From Patescibacteria group bacterium (GTDB taxonomy: Bacteria; Patescibacteriota; Minisyncoccia; Phycocordibacterales; UBA918): a stretch of 64,000 nt of DNA. The position numbers and the translations under genes are program-made. This document shows, one piece after another, positions 29,481-37,493 of this stretch; position 1 is the first letter of the stretch, and each line of letters opens with the position of its first letter. Location: assembly GCA_019752815.1 (NCBI GenBank), contig JAIELQ010000007.1, positions 115,728-179,727 on the forward strand. The letters run 5' to 3'. The notes under the pieces are model-generated. The model had not been told where the DNA came from. It did no database searches and saw nothing but the letters and a program-made list of their open reading frames with translations.

Positions 29481-31110
29481 CGCACTACTGATTTTTATAC
29501 TTGTAGGAGTATTTACAGTACCCCTAGTAACGTTAGCGCAGTCTGATCGTACTCAAACACTCAGTGTCTCACCAACTCTGTTTCAAATGTCGGCTAACCC
29601 AAGCCAGTCTTGGACCAGTGAAATTAGAGTAGTTAACGTCAATGATTACCCGATTACCGTATATCCGCAAGTGGTGAACTTCGCCCCATCGGGTGAGACC
29701 GGGACTGGTTCACTCATCCCAATCTTTGCAGAAGAAACCCAAGGAAAGACATTGGCAGAATGGGTAACTCTATCCCAGAGTGAAGTACTTATCCTTCCAC
29801 AACAAACTGTAACTATTCCATTTTCAGTAACAGTTGTTGATGACGCAGCTCCCGGTGGACACTACGCCGCTATCTTGGTAGGTACAAAACCACCGGCACG
29901 TACTAATGAAGCTGCTCAAGTGCAGACAGCACAATTTGTTACAGCGCTCATTTTTGTGCGCGTCTCAGGTGATGTTCTTGAAGCAGGAAATATTCGTGAA
30001 TTTACTACTGCAAAAACTATTAACTCAGAGCCGAACATACAGTTTGATGTTCGCTTTGAAAATACAGGCAATGTTCATTTGCAACCACAAGGAGATATTA
30101 CCATTACAAATATGTGGGGGAGTCAGCGTGGGGTTATTCCAATTAATTACCAAACACACTTTGGTAATGTACTCCCTAACAGTATACGAAAATTTAGTTT
30201 TACGTGGACAGGTGAACAGTCGTCGTATGATATTGGTCGTTTTAAAGCAATTGCTACATTGGGGTATGGGGAAGATACCAAAAATTTCGCCACCAGTACG
30301 ACCTATTTCTGGGTAATTCCTCTAAAACAAATTGCCTTTGTTCTAGGAGGGCTGCTTCTATTGTTTTGGTTCTTGAGTTTTGCAATTAAAATGTATATCA
30401 AACGCATGTTGACGTTGGCTGGACTTGATCCAGTCGCTCGACAGGCTACTTCAAGTCAAAAATATAGTGCCTACAGCACACACGCTGCTGTGCCAGCCAA
30501 GACAGTCATAATTCGTCGGTATCAAACCGTTACCGGACCAGTGAGGCATAGTATGTTTGAGTTAGTGCAAAATTTAAAATCCGCCAAAGCTATTAGTGAA
30601 GTAATTAAAATTATCATTACGTTTTTAATACGAAATAAAATCTTTATTTTGTTTATGGTTGTAATTGGAGGTTTATGCATGGTAACGTTTTGGTTTTTTG
30701 GTGATATGAATACAAAATCTCGTCCATATGATGTGAGTATTGTTAATCCAGATGCTACCGTAGTGATTTCGTCTGATGAAATACTTTATCGATCATTACC
30801 CGAATACGAGTTACCTGCTGGGGAGATGCAGATTGAAAAACCTTCATTTAAGGTCGAGCTTATAAATGCCAGTGGTGAGCCCGGTTTGGCTGCCAAAGCA
30901 AAACGAAAACTTGAGGCGTATGGGTATGATGTCACGACGATATCTAATGAACTAGGACGATCGGATACAAAATCAGTAATTATTTTTAATCAAGCCAATC
31001 AAGCAGCTGCACTAGAATTGAGTAAAAAACTTAATGGTGCGCTACTGTCGGTTGATGCGGGCATTTCTCCTGACCTTATTCGTGTCTATATCGGTACGGA
31101 CAATCGCTAA
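29458..31110 (+). CDS. DUF916/DUF3324-like protein fused through two TM segments to a LytR C-terminal domain
   Basis: 'LSVSPTLF...LAEWV...IPFSVTV.DDAAPGGHYAAILV', 'FENTGNVHLQPQG', C-terminal 'VELINASGEPGLA...L...GY...IRVYIG.D' (LytR_C). ATG 29458 preferred over 29242. Confidence 0.78.
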   Translation: MISILKNSALLIFILVGVFTVPLVTLAQSDRTQTLSVSPTLFQMSANPSQSWTSEIRVVNVNDYPITVYPQVVNFAPSGETGTGSLIPIFAEETQGKTLAEWVTLSQSEVLILPQQTVTIPFSVTVVDDAAPGGHYAAILVGTKPPARTNEAAQVQTAQFVTALIFVRVSGDVLEAGNIREFTTAKTINSEPNIQFDVRFENTGNVHLQPQGDITITNMWGSQRGVIPINYQTHFGNVLPNSIRKFSFTWTGEQSSYDIGRFKAIATLGYGEDTKNFATSTTYFWVIPLKQIAFVLGGLLLLFWFLSFAIKMYIKRMLTLAGLDPVARQATSSQKYSAYSTHAAVPAKTVIIRRYQTVTGPVRHSMFELVQNLKSAKAISEVIKIIITFLIRNKIFILFMVVIGGLCMVTFWFFGDMNTKSRPYDVSIVNPDATVVISSDEILYRSLPEYELPAGEMQIEKPSFKVELINASGEPGLAAKAKRKLEAYGYDVTTISNELGRSDTKSVIIFNQANQAAALELSKKLNGALLSVDAGISPDLIRVYIGTDNR

Positions 31111-31182
31111 CTCTGTCTATAGTAGAGATAAAAAATGTTATACTTTAAAGAGTAGAACGTTATCCGTATAAAATATTACGTT

Positions 31183-31662
31183 ATGTCAAATCGAACAATT
31201 GTGCTGTTTGTAGCTCTTTTTGCACTTATTGTTGTCGGAATGTTTTTGTTTACCTATTTTTACCAAAAAAATACTGAGCCAGTAGCCTTACCCTCTGATC
31301 CAGCTGCGACCACCACTCAGAATAGTTATGGAGTTACTCGCATTGACGGCAAACATTTCTTTATCAATGGAGTGCACACCATTGTAGGTGAATTAGCTTT
31401 GCCTACTCCGTGTGGTTTACTCACTACTGAGTCCAGGGTGGCAGAATCGTTCCCTGAGCAAGTAACCTTTACGTTTGAAGTGGTTAATACGACCGAAGTC
31501 TGTGCGCAGGTGATCACTAATCAACGATTCAAAATTGATGCGTCTGCCAGTGACCAAGCGAACCTCACCGCAACATTCATGGGCAAGCCAGTTGAGTTAA
31601 ACTTGGTAGAAGCAGAGCCAGGTGAAACACCAGAGCAGTTCGAGTTGTATATTAAGGGCTAA
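31183..31662 (+). CDS. Hypothetical membrane-anchored protein
   Basis: N-terminal TM and a 'LPTPC...VCAQVIT' Cys pair. Confidence 0.7.
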   Translation: MSNRTIVLFVALFALIVVGMFLFTYFYQKNTEPVALPSDPAATTTQNSYGVTRIDGKHFFINGVHTIVGELALPTPCGLLTTESRVAESFPEQVTFTFEVVNTTEVCAQVITNQRFKIDASASDQANLTATFMGKPVELNLVEAEPGETPEQFELYIKG

Positions 31663-31714
31663 TACGACTGTAGTTTTAAAGTGTCCAGTCTCGTGAAAAT
31701 ATCTGAGGTAGCGT

Positions 31715-32275
31715 ATGATTACTAACATGAATCGAAAAAATCTCTTAGTGCTTGCAGTAATAATTGCAGTCATAGTATTGGTGGGTGGGGCGACATATTA
31801 TATTCGCACCACTGCTATTAAAGAGGCGCAAAACGAAGCTAACAAAACACTCTTTAGTGATGAGGATCAGGCAGTATTTCTTGATTCACAGAGTAATCCA
31901 ATCGAACTAGATACCTACGAAAATACTGTTTTAGTAGTAAATGTCTGGGCCAGCTGGAGCCCGTATACTGAGATTGAATTCCCAATTCTTAATGAGATCG
32001 CAACCCAATACAAAGATCGGGGAGTAAAAGTATTAGCGATGAATCGCAAAGAAAATCAAAACCAAATTGAACGGTATCTCGCTTCCATTCCAAAATACGA
32101 CAACATCGAACAAATTATTGATGTAAACGATTTCTTTTATGCCGGTGTAGATGGGTACGCAATGCCAGAAACTATTATTTATGATACAGACGGAAAAATC
32201 ATTCAACACATTCGGGGGGTAGTAGTAAAAAGTGAACTAGAAACCATTCTCAATACTATTCTCGAACAACAATAA
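31715..32275 (+). CDS. TlpA/ResA-like thioredoxin-fold membrane protein lacking CxxC
   Basis: 'VVNVWASWSPYT..EFP.L' and 'MPETIIYD..G.I' match the TlpA fold; Ser and Thr occupy the Cys positions. Confidence 0.8.
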   Translation: MITNMNRKNLLVLAVIIAVIVLVGGATYYIRTTAIKEAQNEANKTLFSDEDQAVFLDSQSNPIELDTYENTVLVVNVWASWSPYTEIEFPILNEIATQYKDRGVKVLAMNRKENQNQIERYLASIPKYDNIEQIIDVNDFFYAGVDGYAMPETIIYDTDGKIIQHIRGVVVKSELETILNTILEQQ

Positions 32276-32341
32276 GTAATACCCGTTTTTAAGTTTCATC
32301 AAGCTAGCCCCTAACAGCGATGCTTGCTATAGTACATGTAT

Positions 32342-33394
32342 ATGCAGCATACCCGTGCAGTTGAGTTTGCGTTTTTCTATGGAGCCCTCGCTATTGTGGG
32401 ATATATGGTGTGGCAAATTTTTGCTCCATTTATTACCGCCTTAGCCCTGTCTGCTATTATTGTGGTTATTTGTTACCCTTTATATGAGTTTATTTTAAAG
32501 TACCTCTCTCGAAAAAATCGTTCCATTGCAGCTTTTTTTACAACAATTATTGTGTTTGCATGTGTGGTGGTCCCGGTTTTTCTCATTTCTACCTTGCTCG
32601 TTAACGAATTCTTATCGTTCTACCGTACGATTGATGTAACGACACAGATGCCACTTGATAATGCGCTCAATAGTATAGAGTCAAAAATTCAAACGTTAAT
32701 ACCCGGCTTTGATCTAAATATTTCTGAACAACTCAAAACCAGTATCGGCTGGTTTACGCAAAATATCGGCTCAATTTTTGCTGGCACTGTATCATTTATC
32801 TTTGCCTTTTTGATCGCACTTCTGGGCTCATTTTACTTGTTCCGTGATGGTACGAAACTGGTTAATTGGATAATATCTGTAAGTCCATTAAAGGATACGG
32901 AAGATACGGCTATCTTTAATCGGGTGGCAGATTCTGTTCGTTCTGTAGTTACAGGAACCGTTCTCGTCGCGATAATCCAAGGGCTCTTAGCCGCGATTGG
33001 GTTTAGTATATTTGGAATTGATCGAGCAGTATTATGGGGTTCCATCGCTGCCTTTGGGGCATTGCTCCCAGGTATTGGAACAGCGGGAATCATGATACCT
33101 GCTGTTGCGTACTTATTCTTTACCGGCATGATTGGGAATGCTGCGGGACTCTTGATATGGGGTGTTGCCATGATAGTGATCGTCGATAACTTTATCGGTC
33201 CGCAATTAATGAGTCGGGGAAGTAATTTACACCCGTTTATTGTTTTGGTATCGGTCCTCGGTGGGGTATCATTATTTGGGCCTATTGGGTTTATTTTAGG
33301 TCCAGTGTGTATCAGTTTGTTTATGGTATTACTCGAAATTTACGGTGTGTACATGGACGCCGACCCTAAAACCACAGTCAAGAAACGAAAATAA
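32342..33394 (+). CDS. AI-2E family transporter
   Basis: Multi-TM protein with 'DNFIGPQLM...LHP..V..SVLGG..LFG.IGFILGP'. Confidence 0.9.
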   Translation: MQHTRAVEFAFFYGALAIVGYMVWQIFAPFITALALSAIIVVICYPLYEFILKYLSRKNRSIAAFFTTIIVFACVVVPVFLISTLLVNEFLSFYRTIDVTTQMPLDNALNSIESKIQTLIPGFDLNISEQLKTSIGWFTQNIGSIFAGTVSFIFAFLIALLGSFYLFRDGTKLVNWIISVSPLKDTEDTAIFNRVADSVRSVVTGTVLVAIIQGLLAAIGFSIFGIDRAVLWGSIAAFGALLPGIGTAGIMIPAVAYLFFTGMIGNAAGLLIWGVAMIVIVDNFIGPQLMSRGSNLHPFIVLVSVLGGVSLFGPIGFILGPVCISLFMVLLEIYGVYMDADPKTTVKKRK

Positions 33395-33399
33395 TTTTT

Positions 33400-33828
33400 A
33401 TGCTAGAAAAACGTAATATTGAAGCCTTTCTTAAAGTAAACGGTATTCCTCCGACAGCCAAAGATGAAGAAATCCGCTCCGTGTTGCTTAGTGCACGTTG
33501 GAATAACAATGAAGTAGATACGGCCTTGATGGTGCTCAAGGAAAATATCAAAAGTAACGAAACACACGTCGATACACTTCATAAAGTTTTTAATTCAGAC
33601 GATAGATTGTCCGCTTCAGAAATATCTAAATTACTCGGGATCGACGTCACGTTGTCTGACAATGATGTGAACGACCTAAATGCCAAACATCAGCTTTCAC
33701 AAAATAGTACTGCAGTTATTACTTTTATTCTTTCGATTGTCATTGCTGTATCGAGCATAGGGTATTTAATGTACAAAGAACAAGCTGGTGTTTTTCACAG
33801 CACTGATACCTCTATCAATGTCAAATAA
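33400..33828 (+). CDS. Hypothetical protein with C-terminal TM
   Basis: 142-aa ORF in operon context. Confidence 0.7.
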   Translation: MLEKRNIEAFLKVNGIPPTAKDEEIRSVLLSARWNNNEVDTALMVLKENIKSNETHVDTLHKVFNSDDRLSASEISKLLGIDVTLSDNDVNDLNAKHQLSQNSTAVITFILSIVIAVSSIGYLMYKEQAGVFHSTDTSINVK

Positions 33829-34888
33829 GTATTTGTTATTTCCACTGTTTGGTGTCGCTGTGCCGATCCTTCTGTACCTTGCTGTGACTGAGATTCGTGC
33901 TCGAATGGAAGTTGAGCTACCAGCAGTTGGTACACTTGAAGAAAAAAAATTCCCGCAAGAACGTGCGTCACAAGAAATAGTATTTACTGGTGATGTGTTG
34001 CTTGCTCGAAATATTGAACAATTAATTAGACGCAAAGGTGATCTGTACCCGTTTATAAAAATGACTCAAATTTTTGGCGGTGCACAAACCGTGATTGGAA
34101 ATTTTGAATCAGCAATTTTAGAAAATCATGTTCCTACTCCTGCCTACGTCACTACGTTTTCGACTGATAAAAACATAATACCCCTATTAGTCGAAGCTGG
34201 CTTCACTAATCTTTCTTTAGCTAACAATCATTCCTTTGATTATGGAGCTGAAACATTTGCACATACGGTAACGACACTAGCTGACGCTCGTTTGTTACCG
34301 TTTGGACATCCACAAAATAGTACCAGTTCACTCACTACCACATTCACTTCTGGTGATTACACTATTGGTTTGTTGGCACTTAATCAGGTATTTGTGTCAT
34401 TGCCCTGGACGGCTATCGAAGCATCTTTGGTGGAATTAGCTCAGGTCAGTGATTACCAAGTTGCATATATTCACTGGGGTGACGAGTATGTACTGAAGCA
34501 TAATCAAACCCAAGAAGATACCGCTCGACGGTTAATTGATCTAGGAATTGATGCAGTGGTGGGTCATCACCCGCACGTGACTCAAGATATTGCTGTATAT
34601 AATGGCAAACCAATATTTTACTCATTAGGGAATTTTTTGTTTGACCAATATTTTTCGGTCGATGTTCAACAAGGGTTGGTTCTAAAATTAAAATTAGCTA
34701 CATCTACCGCTGAGTTTACTCTAGTGCCAATTAGTAGTGAGGGAACACCCTCTCAGCCACATCTGATGCCTGAAGTTGAGGCTAGTCTGTTTCTTAAGAA
34801 TCTAGCCCGGCGCAGTGACCCCCTGTATGCAGAAAATATAGCCCAGGGTAAGCTTATTTTGCCAATTAACCTTGCAACTTATCCGTAA
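33818..34888 (+). CDS. CapA family (poly-gamma-glutamate synthesis-like) metallophosphatase
   Basis: Motifs GDV, GNFES, LANNHSFDYG, HWG.EY, GHHPHV.Q, YSLGNFLFDQ. Confidence 0.9.
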   Translation: MSNKYLLFPLFGVAVPILLYLAVTEIRARMEVELPAVGTLEEKKFPQERASQEIVFTGDVLLARNIEQLIRRKGDLYPFIKMTQIFGGAQTVIGNFESAILENHVPTPAYVTTFSTDKNIIPLLVEAGFTNLSLANNHSFDYGAETFAHTVTTLADARLLPFGHPQNSTSSLTTTFTSGDYTIGLLALNQVFVSLPWTAIEASLVELAQVSDYQVAYIHWGDEYVLKHNQTQEDTARRLIDLGIDAVVGHHPHVTQDIAVYNGKPIFYSLGNFLFDQYFSVDVQQGLVLKLKLATSTAEFTLVPISSEGTPSQPHLMPEVEASLFLKNLARRSDPLYAENIAQGKLILPINLATYP

Positions 34889-34919
34889 AACGGTATGATT
34901 GCACCATAAATTATTGTAT

Positions 34920-35459
34920 ATGTTTAACAAATTTGAACTCTTAGGAATTGGCGCCAGTATCATGTCCATGGCGGTAGCGCTGTATCTCATTAATCTTGAG
35001 ACCTCAGTGTTAAGTACAGCTGATACCGATACGCAGCTCGCCCAATCAGCAGTTGTTACCGTGGGTAACGGTAGTGACGAACAAACAGAGTTACGAAATG
35101 CATTACTAGAAGGCACTAATCAAAATGGTACTGTGGAAAAATTAATTATCGATGATGTAGTAGTGGGGGGAGGAACTGAGGCTAAAACGGGAGACACCGT
35201 GTCAGTGCACTATGTTGGTACATTACCGAATGGTCAAGAATTTGATAACTCAAACAAACGAGGTGAAGCCTTTGAATTTACCTTGGGTGAAGGTCGCGTG
35301 ATCAAGGGCTGGGAAGAAGGAGTGGTTGGTATGAAGGTGGGCGGTAAGCGTATCTTGGTGATTCCGTCAGATTTGGCGTATGGGGATTCAGGTTACGGCC
35401 CAATCCCACCTAAAGCTACTCTAGTATTCTCAATCGAACTGCTGGGGGTTAATGAGTAA
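34920..35459 (+). CDS. FKBP-type peptidyl-prolyl cis-trans isomerase with N-terminal TM
   Basis: 'VSVHYVGTL.NG.EFD.S..RG..F.F.LG.G.VIKGWEEG..GMKVGGKR.L.IP..LAYG...IPP.ATLVF.IELL'. Confidence 0.95.
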   Translation: MFNKFELLGIGASIMSMAVALYLINLETSVLSTADTDTQLAQSAVVTVGNGSDEQTELRNALLEGTNQNGTVEKLIIDDVVVGGGTEAKTGDTVSVHYVGTLPNGQEFDNSNKRGEAFEFTLGEGRVIKGWEEGVVGMKVGGKRILVIPSDLAYGDSGYGPIPPKATLVFSIELLGVNE

Positions 35460-35574
35460 AATCACTTCATCTGCTGTGTTGTGGTGCGCAAATTTTTGTT
35501 CACCTTACGAAAAGTAAGGCTCACGAAAAATTTACTTCCACGCCTTGCATCTAAAGCAATTTAACTCATTAACC
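35447..35574 (+). repeat. Structured intergenic hairpin element, copy 6 (diverged)
   Basis: GGTTAATGAGTAAAAT / ATTTAACTCATTAACC ends overlap the last codons of the FKBP gene. Apical CCTTAC-GAAAA-GTAAGG followed by CTC. CACGCCTTG is shared with copy 3. Confidence 0.75.
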
Positions 35575-35587
35575 TGAGTTGATAGCA

Positions 35588-35630
35588 AGAACACAAAACC
35601 ACTGACCTTCGGTCAGTGGTTTTGTGTTCT
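35588..35630. terminator. Perfect 20-bp hairpin, probable terminator
   Basis: AGAACACAAAACCACTGACC-TTC-GGTCAGTGGTTTTGTGTTCT. Confidence 0.75.
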
Positions 35631-35676
35631 GGTAGCCTGTATTAATGATAATTATCGTGTATAGTAGCGGGTACAA

Positions 35677-36921
35677 ATGGCCAAACCAGTCACATTTAAA
35701 ATTGAAGCCAAGGGCAAAGGCAACCTCGCGCGCGCTGGGGTCATTTCTACGCCTCACGGAGACATCCAAACTCCAGCTTTTGTAGTAGTTGGAACCAAAG
35801 CGAGCGTCAAGAGTCTCATGCCCGAAGATTTAGCCCAGTACGTCGGTAATCAAGTCACGCTCGCTAACACCTACCACTTATTTCTCCAACCCGGACATGA
35901 GGTAATTAAGGAAGCGGGTGGCCTCCATAAATTTGCCAATTGGCAAATGCCAACCATGACTGATTCAGGCGGGTTTCAGGTATTTAGTCTCGGTGCTGCC
36001 TTTGGTAAGGGGGTAACTAAATTTGCGACCGGTGAAGCTGATGGTGACACCGGCGTACCATCCCGTGCCAGTTTAAATGTGTACAGTCAAAAATTTGCCG
36101 CTGATCACGGGAAACTCTGCATTATTGATGAAGACGGCGTAACCTTCACCTCACACCTTGATGGATCAATGCATCGCTTTACCGCTGAACGTTCCATTGA
36201 TATCCAACACGCTATTGGAGCCGATATTATCATTGCCTTTGATGAGTGTACCAGTCCCACTGCGGATAAAGACTATCAAAAAGAAGCCATGGACCGCACC
36301 CACCGTTGGGCCAAACGCAGTGTAATGGCCCACAAGCAAAACTACGATGCCTTAAAGAAACAAGGTCTTTATGGTGTGGTGCAAGGAGGGCAGTTCCTCG
36401 ACCTGCGGCAAGAATCAGCCCGTGTACTATCTGACATGGATTTTGATGGGTTTGGTATCGGCGGTAGTTTCTCCAAAGACGATTTGGGAGATAGCTTGCG
36501 CGTAGTAAATGAAATTTTACCTGAGGACAAACCCCGACACCTTCTCGGTATCGGTGAACCCGAAGACATCGTGCAGGGGGTACTCATGGGCTGCGATACC
36601 TTTGACTGCGTCGCTGCCACCCGCATCGGCCGCACCGGCACCATTTATGTGATGACCGGCGCCATGAAAACTACTCCCTGTGGCACCTTTACCTACCCTG
36701 AAACCAAAAAAATCAGCGTCACCAACGCCAAATACAAAACCGACCACAGTCTGATTGATCCATTAAGTACCGGTTACGTAGCTCAAACCTATACCAAGGC
36801 ATATTTGTCACACCTCTTCCGCGCCGGTGAAATCCTCGGCCCCCACCTAGCCTCCATCCATAACCTAAACTTCATAGTAAACTTCACCAAAAATTTACGC
36901 GAGCAGTTATTAAGAGTATAA
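35677..36921 (+). CDS. tgt: tRNA-guanine(34) transglycosylase
   Basis: 'TPHGDIQTPAF..VGT', LANTYHL, TDSGGFQVFSL, AFDEC, GVVQGG, KPRHLLGIG, DTFDCV, IHN. Confidence 0.95.
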   Translation: MAKPVTFKIEAKGKGNLARAGVISTPHGDIQTPAFVVVGTKASVKSLMPEDLAQYVGNQVTLANTYHLFLQPGHEVIKEAGGLHKFANWQMPTMTDSGGFQVFSLGAAFGKGVTKFATGEADGDTGVPSRASLNVYSQKFAADHGKLCIIDEDGVTFTSHLDGSMHRFTAERSIDIQHAIGADIIIAFDECTSPTADKDYQKEAMDRTHRWAKRSVMAHKQNYDALKKQGLYGVVQGGQFLDLRQESARVLSDMDFDGFGIGGSFSKDDLGDSLRVVNEILPEDKPRHLLGIGEPEDIVQGVLMGCDTFDCVAATRIGRTGTIYVMTGAMKTTPCGTFTYPETKKISVTNAKYKTDHSLIDPLSTGYVAQTYTKAYLSHLFRAGEILGPHLASIHNLNFIVNFTKNLREQLLRV

Positions 36922-36928
36922 TGACTGT

Positions 36929-37171
36929 ATGAATACTTCTGAACGTAAGTTAATTGATTTGACAGTGGAGCTTGTTGAAAAACAACTTAACTCATTTGAC
37001 GATATTATTGATGCTAACAAGAAATTAAGAGCCATAGCTCAAAATAATACTGAAAATAAAAATTACGAAGAAGTTTTAGATTTGCTGGCAAAAGGAATCA
37101 GCTCTTGGTTAGATGAAACCTCAAATTTTGTAAATGCACGTGCAAAACTGTATGAGGATGAGAAAAACTAA
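36929..37171 (+). CDS. Hypothetical small AT-rich protein
   Basis: 80-aa ORF with TATAAT 6 nt upstream of the ATG. Confidence 0.6.
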   Translation: MNTSERKLIDLTVELVEKQLNSFDDIIDANKKLRAIAQNNTENKNYEEVLDLLAKGISSWLDETSNFVNARAKLYEDEKN

Positions 37172-37173
37172 AT

Positions 37174-37491
37174 ATGAAAGACAATCCACAAATTATTTTA
37201 GCTGATTATGATAAAAAGTACTCTAGTCTTAAATCAATCAACTCACAATCAAAAAAGTATAATCCAAATGAGCATAAAGATAGAACTCGTGCAGACATAG
37301 CGCTACATGTGGTCAAATGGTATTTCTACTTAATTGGAGGCGTGCTTTTTTTGGGACCAATTTTTAACCATGTTGCTAAACCTGAAGCTTTTTTGGATAT
37401 AGCCAATATCATAACCGTTCTTGCTGGCATGATCAGTGCTCCGTTTGGTTTTGTAGTTGGATATTATTTTAAAGATTCTGAAAAAAATTAA
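37174..37491 (+). CDS. Hypothetical small two-TM protein
   Basis: 105-aa ORF with two hydrophobic segments ending 'GFVVGYYF'. Confidence 0.65.
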   Translation: MKDNPQIILADYDKKYSSLKSINSQSKKYNPNEHKDRTRADIALHVVKWYFYLIGGVLFLGPIFNHVAKPEAFLDIANIITVLAGMISAPFGFVVGYYFKDSEKN

Positions 37492-37493
37492 TT

